Shown: positions 1 to 11,000 of the stretch, one piece after another
How the letters are laid out: every line of letters begins with the position of its first letter
Numbering within the stretch: the first letter of the stretch is position 1
Source: Polymyxa betae A26-41
Taxonomy: Eukaryota > Protista > Endomyxa: Phytomyxea
DNA: 64,000 nt
Reading direction: 5' to 3'
Assembly (NCBI GenBank): GCA_003693705.1
Contig: RBZT01000156.1
Coordinates: forward strand, 1-64,000
Position numbers and translations under genes: made by a program
Notes under the pieces: generated by a model
Seen by the model: the letters and a program-made list of their open reading frames with translations, nothing else
Databases searched by the model: none
Told to the model about the DNA's origin: nothing

Positions 1-1893
1 GATTAGAAAAGCTGAAAGAGAACCTTGCTTACGTCGAACAGCAGATGACCAGCAGCGGTGCTTATACTGCAGAGAAACGCGCAAAGGCTATGTTGCGAGT
101 CCTCGGTTTTGACGAAACTGGTGAACAAGCTCCCGTCAGCTCATTATCTGGTGGTCTTCGTATGCGTGTCGCTTTGGCTTGCGCCTTTATCATTGATCCG
201 GATGTCTTACTACTTGATGAACCAACAAACCACCTGTAAGAATTCTGATTCATTGCTAGAACCTTTATTTAAACTTCGATACAGGGATATGCCCTCAGTC
301 CTATGGCTCGAGCAGCGTCTTCGTGCTTATAAGGGATCCTATCTTCTGGTCACCCACGATCGTACTCTCTTAGAGAACGTCGTTACCTCCGTTATGCTCA
401 TTCAGGACATGACTTTACACTACTTCAACTGTGGCTTCAAAGATTTCGAAAAGCAAAAAGAGAAGCTAGATTCCGAACGAGCCAAGCGAATTGATACGTT
501 CTTGCAAAGAAACCGAAACCTCGGACCTGACGATCCTCAATATCGTACCAAGATGGAATACCAGACGTGGATTCAACGACGATACGAGCGTCAAATGATG
601 CTTGCTGGAAAGTTCACATTCAAGGCACCTGAGCCACTTCCTTGTGGTCCTGGCCAGGAACAAGCGGATGTCTCTCTGATCAAGGTCGACAACGTTAGAT
701 TCAGCTATGATCCTGCTAAGGGATTGCCGTTTATCTTCGACACTCCAGTCAGTTATGAGATCAAGGTCGGCACCCGAGTCGGTATTATGGGTCCCAACGG
801 TGCTGGTAAATCCACCTTCCTGAAGCTGATCACTGGCAAGCTCGAACCAACCGAGGGAAAGATCATTTGCAATCCCAAATTCACTTTGGCGTACTTCGGT
901 CAGCACTCAACAAAGGAACTTGAGCTGGAAATGACTCCGATTGAGTTCATGTGCCACTCGTTCCCTGATGTCAATCCTGGTGAACTGAAAAGCCATTTGA
1001 AAAAAACCTCAATCTCTGACGATCCGATGAACACGCGCATGAAGAACTTATCGTTTTCTCAACGATCTTGTGTTATATTCGCCAAGTTGACATATGTTCC
1101 ACCCCACCTGTTAATTATGGACGAACCGACCAACTTCTTAGATCTGGATTCTGTTGATTCTTTGATTACCGCTGTCAACAAATTCTCTGGTGGTTTGATC
1201 GTGGTTACACACAACCGAGATTTCCTGAAGCGCTGCAGCAAGCACTTCTTGTCGATCGTCCCAGGAGCGTTCTTAGAATTCCAGACTATGAAACAAGCCG
1301 AACGTGCCACATATTCGTTTATCAATGCGCTGGAGGAAGGCCAAGTCATTGATGCAAAGAATGCCATTCTCCAAAACCGAGGTGGTGGTGCCATCCACAC
1401 CGAGGAATACCTCGCTGAGCAGGCGGCACGTTTGACTGAACAGCAGAGGCTGGCGAAGGAGAAGGAAGATGCTATCGCTGCTGAACAAGCTCGCTTAGCC
1501 GCTATCGCTGCTGAAAAAGAGGCTCGACGTCAGGCTAAGATCGCAGCTCAGAAGACCGACTGGGTTGCTGGAGAAGCCTGTTGGGCCCCTGTTGGTGGTA
1601 AGCATGTCCCTGCTACTGTCGTTCGAAACATCCCGAGCATGGGTGTCACTGTTCAGCTGGAATCTGGCAAGACACTCATGGTTGAAGCCAAAAAGCTGAA
1701 ACTTGAGAATCCCGACACCGGTTCTGAGAAGAAAGAGTCTAAACCGCAAAACCAAGCTCAAGGTCAATCAGGAAGTAACAGAGGTGGACGCGGTGGTGCC
1801 CGTGGTGGATCTTCTGGCGCTCGAGGAGGTCCCCAAGGCTCGCGTGGCATGAGAGGTGGTCCCCGAGGAGGACGGGGCGGCGGCCGAAATTGA
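1..1893 (+). CDS. ABC-F family ATPase, paralog A (5'-truncated by the window edge), with C-terminal Tudor/SH3-like barrel and RGG tail
   Basis: Exon 1..235 ([22 protein letters not shown]), intron 236..284 (GTAAG..ATACAG, 49 nt), exon 285..1893 ([36 protein letters not shown]). Two NBDs and no TM segments, as in ABC-F. Confidence 0.92.
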
Positions 1894-2500
1894 ACTGCAA
1901 ATAAACCCAATTGTATTGTACTTTGATGCATTCTTTTCCCGATGAGGGACTACCCCTGAAACTTGGAATTCGCTTTAACAGGGATTACTCCACAGGCTGT
2001 TTGCAAGAAATTTTGGCTTGTTATCGATAGGATAGCGTGGCAATCTGTTGTTCCGTACTTGGCCAAACTGAGTGGCTTTACCTATTTCGGGCTAGTAATT
2101 TGTACTATTCGAAGTAAGGGTCCGGTTAACCAATGTCGCTTCGTTTCCATATTCAACGAGGGGATTACGAAATCCGATCCAAGATCGCAATCTGGATGGA
2201 AAATTCAGGATATTGCAATCTGGAACTCGTTTCAAAGCGTAGAAAGCCAGCTGCTCTGCTAAATTCTTCATTCAGGCTCATCACAGGCTGACCTGCCTGA
2301 CCGGCAGCATCGGAAAACGTCCATCAGGAATTATACCAGCCAAAAATCGGCCCTAGAAAGTCCGCCACGGTGTTTCAAGATGCAGAACTCTATATGAGAG
2401 GCATTGTCGTATAAAAACTCTGCGCGAGCCGGAGTCCGCACCACGGCTGTTTCCCGACCTGGGCTCCACCATCACACCATTCTGAATTGCTGCATCAACC

Positions 2501-4051
2501 ATGGCGAATTCCTTTTGGCCGGTTGAGCCCCATGAAAACAAGAAGGTCATCCCCATGATTGCCATGAGCTTTCTAATCTGCTTCAACTACACGTTGTTGC
2601 GTGATCTGAAGGATATTCTGGTAGGTTATGTTAAGCTTTAGCGAATGGGTTGCTGAAGCTCTCCCTGTTTGTAGGTCTTGGAAGCCATGAACGCCACTGC
2701 TATTTCCGGATTGAAGCTCTACTGTACTTTGCCCATGTCCGTCGTCGTCATGTTGGTCTACACCAAGCTCAGTCTGAAGTACACCAAAGCCCAGGTCTTC
2801 TACCAGTTCATGTGTATGTTCCTTGCCTTCTTCGCCATTTTCCTGTTCGTCCTTCTCCCATTCCAACCCTACATTGAGATGGGTGCCGCCTGGGGTAAAG
2901 AGATGGAGCCGGTAATGGGAGGTTTCTCCACGTTTACTTCCCTCTTTGCCAACTGGACTACCGCTGCAATGTATGTCTTCTCTGAGCTATGGGGCACCGT
3001 CGTTCTGTCCCTTCTCTTCTGGGGATTTGCAAACGACATTTGCCGTACGTCCGAAGCTAAACGATTCTACACTCTCTTCAACCTGGGCGCCAACTTCTCC
3101 TTGCTGTTTTGTGGTGGTTTCCTGATGGGCATGTCGTTCTTTTTACCCAAAGAAAAGGTGAAGCTGAAGCCAGGAGAAACGCCAAACAACACCATGCTTT
3201 ACTTCATCATTGCCGTGGTTCTCGTCTTCACTGTCCTCATCATGTTCATCTACCGCTGGATGCAAAAGAACGTCTTGACTGATGCCCGCCTGTGCCCTCC
3301 TAAGGAAGATGGTCCTAAGAAGAAGAAGGTCAAGCTTGGGTTCTTTGAGTCTCTCAAGGTTCTTGTCATGAACCCTTACATTCTGCTTATCGCCATTATG
3401 GTTCTCATGTACGGTGTCTCTGTCAACTTGGTGGAATTGTACTTCAAAGACACATGGGCAATTGTTTACTCGAACCAAGCTGACAAGACTTGGTTCCAGG
3501 GATGTTTCTCTATGGGTACTGGTATCTCTTCCTTGTTCCTTCTCACTTTCATCGGTGGTAAGTCTATCCGTGTTTTGGGATGGACCAAGACTGCTCTGAT
3601 TACTCCCGTCGTCCTGATCTGCTCTGGTCTGCCCTTCATGATGATGTACGCTGTCAAGAAGCACATGGTGGATGCCATTTCTTTCCCGGTCTTGGTCGCC
3701 ATCGGCTACGTCGCTGTCGTCGGCTCCAAGTCCTGCAAGTACTCGTTCTTCGACCCCACCAAGGAAATGGCCTACATTCCTCTCGGGGAAGATCGTGGCC
3801 GTGCCAAGGCTGCCGTCGACATTGTCGGTGCTCGTGGTGGTAAATCTCTCGGAAGTGTCGTCGTTCAGATTTTCAACATGGCGTTCTCGACCGCCGATGC
3901 CAAAACCTATGTCGAAACTATCGCGTCCATCCTCATCACTGGTGTTCTAACCTGGACTGCCGGTACCATTGCTCTGGGCAAGAAGTACAACGCCAAGGTT
4001 AAGGAGCAGAACGCTGCTGTTGAACTTGGCGGTACCGTTGCCAAGGCCTAA
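2501..4051 (+). CDS. TLC/NTT-family ATP/ADP (nucleotide) translocase, ~498 aa, no targeting presequence
   Basis: Exon 1 2501..2620 (MANSFWPVEPHENKKVIPM..FNYTLLRDLKDIL), intron 2621..2674, exon 2 2675..4051. NTT signature motifs SELWG, FWGFANDI, EAKRFY, NLVE, KYSFFDPTKEMAYIPL, KAAVDIVGARGGKS. Multiple hydrophobic helices. Confidence 0.93.
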
Positions 4052-4984
4052 ATCCCTTTTCCCAATTGATTCATCCAGCTGTAATTTCGTTCTATAAATT
4101 TCTAGAATCCATTGTTTTATCATGTCATCGATTGCCTTTAGTGAGTAGTACCAGACTCCAGTAAAATGCCCTTTCGCAGACTATGTTTTTCTCTAACTAC
4201 GGTACATTGATTTACACTGAAAAGCCCAGCTTTCCGTTCCCAGATATTATACTAACATCAGTTCCAATTATGCTAATCGATTGCTGATTACAGGTCAGGA
4301 TTACAACCATCTTTAACCAGTTATTAAAACGGGATGTTTCTGCTGATATTCCACATGCAATGTTTTGACGGTCAGATTTCTAAGACAAAGAAAAACGCTT
4401 CGCATTCATGCCTCAATGTATTTGTACAATGATTCCGGGCCTGCCAGCATTGTCTCCATTGTCAGATCTACTGAACCTGCCTTACTAAGAAGACTTGGAC
4501 TGGATTGAGTTCGACTAGTTCGCTGAGTTGATCAATAGGCGCCTTTGCCTTTTCTTAAAAGCAGAGCCTCCACAGCCAGTGCTTCTTCTTCCGATTCCCG
4601 GAGGTGGTCATCGTTTCACCCGTCGTCGCTGAAGGTTAATCAACGTACCCTAGTTTCACCAGCTGCACCGCCTCGATGGAAATAACTAACTACCGACCCG
4701 GTCTGCTCAGGTAACCGTGAAGATCTGTCATCTTGACCAACGTTTCGAATGCACACCGACGGAAGGCTTTTGGCTGATGATGTCCAAGAAACTGGGCTCT
4801 GGCGGTCTTTGCGACATCAATCTGCTGAATACTCCACATAGAAGCTTCGAAGAGTTGCTGAAGCCTACCGTTTGAACAGCTGATTTTGTTCTCTTTGCTG
4901 AATGATGTGTAACGATTATATCCTGTGGTAGGACGACCCTCCTCTTTGCACGGACAAATGTTTTAATGATTTTAATGTCGCGTT

Positions 4985-7900
4985 ATGGTCCAGATAAATG
5001 ACGCCAGCTGGATCACATCGCCATCGCTGGCTGTCTATCTACCCAATACCATCCTCGACTTCGGTGAGGTAATCGATTCGAGCTCGCCCGCCCTCGTCCG
5101 GCTTCGTATCAGGTCGTTGCTGGCCTATCCGTCCCAGCTGTGTCTGGTTCGTCAGCCGACTTCTCAACTCAACCTTTCGGTTCAAGAGTACAACCCAAAC
5201 ATCGATCTAGAACCATTATACCGCATCAACACATTCAATGTTGTCGAGGTTGTCTCACAGGGTCCATTTATCCACCTGCAAGCTCAAGAAGACCGCGAGA
5301 TTATCGTCTCACTATATCCTGGAGGTTTTACCGGCCGAGGCACAGGTCTGCAACGGTTCAATGCACTTCCATTTCGATCGACGCTCCGTCTATCTTTAGA
5401 CGGTCACGTCATCGAAATTGGGATTTGTGCAAGGATATGCCGATCCCAGGTAGTTTTTGGCACTCGCGAGCTGCTCGTTGATTGTGCTGCTGGCAACACC
5501 GATGTTAAAACGATCTCGGTCCATAACCTTTCAGAGTTTGCCACTTTTTTTTCTATATCCATTCTCAATGGCAATGACCATAGCTTTGCTTTCACCGAGT
5601 TTGGGAGCGGTATTCCGCTTCAAGCCTTGCACCCTATCGCTGGCTTCTCCGAAATTGTAATTCAAGTGTCTTTATGCCCAGACAACGACGTCGTTGTAGA
5701 AAGCTCCAGCATGATGCTGTTAGAGAATGTATTAGACAGCCGCAATACTGATCGCATCCCAATTTATCTTGCTATCACCTCGGAAACTCGTGAAGATGGT
5801 CTGCAGCTATCCAGCTCTGTGGTCGATTTTGGTGATTGCCTTGCCGGGGAAGTCACTGGCAAAACATTCGTTCTACGAAACACCACACAGGCGCCGATCG
5901 AGGTATTCCTTTCATCGAATGGTGCCAAACCAGATAGAATATGGTTCATCCTGGAGGATAGTCTCACCATAAGCTCATGTACAAGCACTGTAATGGGTAC
6001 TCCCAGCGCCACGAGCGAAGATGAGAATGACGATTTCAATATTCCTTTAGGCGGCAGCGCCACTAGCCTTCAATGCTCGCGAGCCCCTTCGTTCTCTCGT
6101 TTGCCAGGATTTAATCGAGATGTTCGAATCCATTTCCGGAAACCCTCTAGCTCTGTTGCTGCTACAGAGAAAGACACCAATCCGCTCAAGAATACTGTCG
6201 AAGAATTAACGATTTTGCCCGGAAAAGAACGGCAGATGAGAATTCTATTCCTTAGCCCAATCAAGTATAATGTACCATTGTCCACAAAAGATGTTTCTCT
6301 GGATTCAGCGCCTCTGAACGCGAATGATGCATTCTCGGCTGATAGAGTCCAGCTATCTCCATTTAATGCTCGCGTATTCCTGAATTATTATCGATCTGGG
6401 CCGGCCCAGTCTTCTACTCATGTCAGATATTTAAAGAGTATTCAATGCATTGGCCGAATTTGCACGTCGCTGGTTCGTGTCCATCCACTTGTTGTGGATT
6501 TTGGGGAAATCCCTCTTATGGTTCCAGCTTCCAAAACTTTCACTATTGAGAATTTGTCTGATATGCCGACTTCCGTCTTTATGGAGTTTGAATCCAAAGT
6601 TTTAACAGTCAGCAAGAACCCAGTCGATCTCGCAGCCCGTTCTAAAGCGGAAGTCAGGCTGAAGCTTGTGCCCCAGAAACGCGCAGCTTTGTATCAGAAG
6701 GAGATTCAGCTGTCTAATCTGCGAAATCCACACGATAACCACTCGTTGATGGTACTTTCTCAAAATACGGACCGGCTCAAATTCCATTCTCATTTATGTT
6801 TCTATGATGTCAATTTTGTCGATGGCCCCACTAATAACGAATTGATCAAAGTCGATTTTGGAAAAGTTGTTACGAACTGTCCTCATACTCGCGTCTTTAC
6901 TATCAGAAATAATAGCGCTGGCATTATAACAATTCAGTTCTTATCAGCCTCTACCGAAGATGTTGCAGTATACCATCAAGCTGCGAGCAATCCGGATGGC
7001 AACCACAAGGAAGAGGTTCAACTTTCCTCTTTAGTGTCGCATGAACATCCAGACACTTCACCCTGGTTTCCGGACGCCGATGAGCAGAGAGAATCTGTCG
7101 AGAAAGAAATCGAAAGGCTCAAATATTTCCAAAAATGCGTCAAAGATGGTCTTTTGAATAGCATCGACCAAGTGGAAATTGCAGTCGAAGAGACAGTTTC
7201 TCTTCTCTTAGTTTACTGCTTGAAATCCGACGTACATCCATACCTTCATGGAAAGCTAAAAAATCTGCCTGCCAAATTAAATCTGCGCCTTGCCTCTGCT
7301 CATGGCTTTAGTGGAGCTGAAGTTGCTAGCGTCCCTGATTGCATTGTTAACATTCAAGCTATGGTCTGCCGAACGTCATTTCATTTCGCATTGAAGCATA
7401 TCAATTTCGGTAATGTGAGTGTGATAGGACATCGAACGGTTGCTGATTGCTTTGTAGGTATTCTCAATAATTTGGCTCGACGCCACTTTAATCTTATTAT
7501 CAGTAACATGAGCGATATCTCAGTTCAGTATTCGATCATCAAAACTCGCTCCATCGCGTCAGACGATCTTGATTGCCCATTAGGCTATACTGGTATTCTC
7601 CGTCCATATCAAATTAAGGAAATCCCGATTATCTTCAAGCCTTGCCTTGCTGGGCGATTTCTGGAGACGCTGACTTTTCAAAATGTGCAAGATCCCAATG
7701 ACAAACAGGTTTAGCTGCCCCTCGTTTCCTTCGATTTCATGCTAACTGTCTGATCAGGTTATTTGTGTCAAAGCTGATATCAAGAAGCCATACAATTTCT
7801 GGGTGCAGACTGTCGTTCTTGATTTTGGATATTGTCTTCTTGGAGAAAGGTCACGAAGAAAGCGGCTGCTAATAAAAAATATTAGCGAAAGAACCAGGAA

Positions 7901-8979
7901 ATTATGTGTCAAGGTCAGCAAAAGCAAGCTTGATGTTTACCTTGCGGATTCTAACTACTAATCAGGTTGATAGCACGAGTTTTCCGAAAGGCAACCCGAT
8001 CGTCTTCGAACCCGGGGATCTCTCATTAGGCCCAGCTATGTCCAATGTCGATAGAGACGAAGAACGTGAGAAACTGGAAGGGAAACTTCGTATCGCTGAA
8101 AGGAAAGGGCAGAAAGACAAGATCAAAGTATTTCACATCGTTCAGTTAAATTCGATTTTCTGAGATGTAAGTTCAGAAAATTCGCCGCCGATTAAGCGAA
8201 ATTCGCCAGGAATCAGCTACAGATAGTTCTTTGAACGATGTCGAACTTAAACAGGACGATGACAAAGTTAACACTAGCAACAGCTTAATGCTAACATTGC
8301 CTCCCAATGCGGTCCAGAATGTTTTTGTTACTTTTAATTCTGAACAGCTAAATTCTAACACAAGCTCCCATTCAAAGCTAAGAATTGAGGCTATTCGTGG
8401 AACTATATTAGTATACGTAATATTCAGTTCGTTGCAAGTATTTAGGAATTCTCATAATTTCACAGGAAGATAAGAATAAGGACTACATTCGGGATCTCTC
8501 ATTCTGGGCCTATATCTGCAAGGATAGCGACGTTTATCAGAAAGCAATCACTGGTACGATTCCATTACTGAGCCCTTTCAATGTCTATTCGAAAAGGATG
8601 ACGGAAACCGCCCCAAGATTATCTCGTAGAGCGCGAAATCAATCCCGATCAGCCTCAAGTTCTCCAGTTCGAAAGCTGTTTCGCTCACCGCTAATCACTG
8701 CGAACGAATTAGTATCGTATGGTGCTCAGACTATGCTTACGGACGAGATCTCTGGCGTTTCCATCCATATTCCATCAAATTTCGTTTTTGATCTCGACGA
8801 TAGCAGGATAGTTATGCAGCAGCCATGGCAAACTGTAGCGGATGGGTTCGCTCGAAGAATTTTAACACTCCCTATTCCTCTGGCTTTCCTTCCAGGTCCA
8901 TTCTCTCTTCCTGTTATTCATCAATGGCCATTCATTGTCATCAGTCCCAAAGTACGGAAGGGTTCAAGTTCCGTCTCTG

Positions 8980-9012
<33 letters not shown>

Positions 9013-10452
9013 AATCATCGTTATCAATCAACTGGGTCTGTGATGATAAAGTCATTTCCGAATCGGTATGGCTTTGCATCAGCGTTGTCGACAAATCGGC
9101 GATCGAGTCAGTTGAAGTCAGTGACATTCCTCTTTTGATGGAGGGTAAGATTATCGAACCCAGCCATGTCATGAATATAGCAGCTATACAAACTGCTGTT
9201 ATAAGCTTCAAATCTTCTGAGAATATCGTCGTATCTTTGAAATGGCATTCTGGACAGATTCGTTGGGAATCTCAATGGTCAGGCCCTGTTACTGGCTTGC
9301 TATCACTGACAGTATTGGATGTCACTCATACGCTTCGGGTCGTTGTTATTCCACCCAATCCTTGCTTATCAGTTTATCCACCAAGAGTGTTTCTGAACCC
9401 ATTTCATAGCTCGCAAGTGACGATAACAAACACCTGCAAGAAGGCGATCAATTTGGCGATATTCTCAGGAGCCAGCGATCCAGTCCTAAGCTTTTCGGCG
9501 AATGGCTGTCCGCCGGCTTATCGTCGGATGTTATGTCTTGAACCAGAAGCTAGCCTTGAGATTAATATGTCATGCTGTCGTGATATACCACTCAGAAGCG
9601 ATTTCGTTATTGTCATTCGGGATTTCACAAATTACGAAGAGCAACAAGTTCTGGCCATTATTCGTTCCAATGATGTTTAATCAGTCGTCGATATTCAACT
9701 TGATACGCTTCTATGCTGTCTCTCATTGTTGAATCATTTATCTAATAGTCATAGATTATTCTCAGATTTCATTGTTCAAATACAATTGCTAGCTTTTATC
9801 TTCAGCTTCAGTTCATCTTCTGAACCACCTTGGGTTGAAGCTTCACGAACGATGTTTTATGATATGCTGCCCTCTGTGCAGAAAGCTATATTCTCCTGCT
9901 GAAGGGTTGGCATGGTGAAGACAAAAGAGAAGTGATACATGCTAGCAATCCTGGATAATCAGCTCATTGTTGAAAATTGTGGGGATTGTCTATTTTGGAC
10001 ATTGACGAAGCTGCTCAAAAAGGCTTGCTTTCCATGCTGTGAAGTCGGTCGTCGATATCTCTTTCGCGACAGGCAATTCTGCTGGCTCGTCGGGTTGTTC
10101 AGCGAAATTATACAGATCTGCCAAACCTGATGGAGGAATGTTTAGAAAGGGGACCACAGCTTCGCTGTCTCGTCGATGAGGAACATCTTGTAATCGCTGG
10201 CTGGAATTGTGAAGCGCTTTTTGGATTCTGGATTCAGCTAAAGAAGCGAAGACAAGTGCAGCTGGATCTTCATTCGGAGGGGTTGCTGGGTCTGGGCCAC
10301 CAACATCGATCGACATCAAGAAAGCTCAGCGAATATACAGTAAGATCGAAGGTACTGCACAAATAACCAGATCCCCTATTATTCTCGCAGCTTGTTATAA
10401 GAAAGCGCCTCTAGTTGAATCAGCATCAACCGCTATAAAATCCGATGTCTAA
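4985..10452 (+). CDS. Large multi-exon protein of repeated ASH/Ig-like (ASPM-SPD2-Hydin/PapD-like) beta-sandwich domains, function unknown
   Basis: 909-aa ORF 4985..7714 plus further exons (e.g. intron 7709..7757; ORFs 7906, 8231, 8598..9680). Recurrent xDFGxx..xxFTIxN motifs (VVDFGDC..TFVLRN, VVDFGEI..TFTIEN, VDFGKV..VFTIRN, INFG..LIISN, LDFGYC..LLIKN). Last exon ends ..AIKSDV-TAA at 10452. Confidence 0.7.
8985..9011 (+). repeat. (GCT)9 microsatellite encoding poly-Ala
   Basis: Nine perfect GCT units inside the 8598..9680 exon (SATAAAAAAAAAESS). Confidence 0.95.
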
Positions 10453-11000
10453 TTGACATTTTACTTGGCTGGCAGCACCCTAAATGATATAAAGAAATAT
10501 AAAAAGGAATGCAGCATTTGTTTGGGCAATTTTATAGATAACGCTACAGCTCGCCCTTGATTCCAACAAACTAGTCGAATCGAATCGAACGAATTTTAAT
10601 GACGCTACAAAATCGGAGTTTAAAAAAGATGTAAACTCTTGACCGAGATTGGAAAACAGACTTTCACGAGTGCGTTTTATGGCAAAATATACATCAAGGA
10701 TGGCGGTTGAGTACAAATCTGTTAGCACACCTATGTGAAGAAATGTTTTTAACCGGTTCAAAGAAACAGTGCTGCTAGAGAGAATGTATCTGCCAATACA
10801 AAAAACAAGGCCGATCAGAGATATCTGGAGGCGTTTTTCGTCTAGAAAAAGAAAGCAAGTAAACGAAACATAGAGATGCTTGTACAAGCAGAGCTGTCAA
10901 GTTCTCGAAGCGAGTAAATCGCAATTTAACGAAAGCACTCGTAATTAAGAGCAAGAAGAGATCGCTAGATGTATTGATTGATAGAGAAAGCACAACAAAC

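Noticed and set aside
58-284. N-terminal part of the 611-aa ORF 58..1893
   Set aside because: Wrong frame plus intron read-through; the real upstream exon is the 45..239 frame, spliced at 236..284.
2501-4051. NTT as contamination from a chlamydial or rickettsial endosymbiont
   Set aside because: It has a typical spliceosomal intron and is contiguous with intron-containing eukaryotic genes.
4500-4900. Protein-like fragments on the minus strand upstream of the ASH-repeat gene
   Set aside because: Short, stop-interrupted, no recognisable family or consistent splice model; cannot be supported as a gene or pseudogene.
6122-6131. GTTCGAATCC, resembling a tRNA T-loop/B-box
   Set aside because: Inside a long ORF, with no cloverleaf stems around it.
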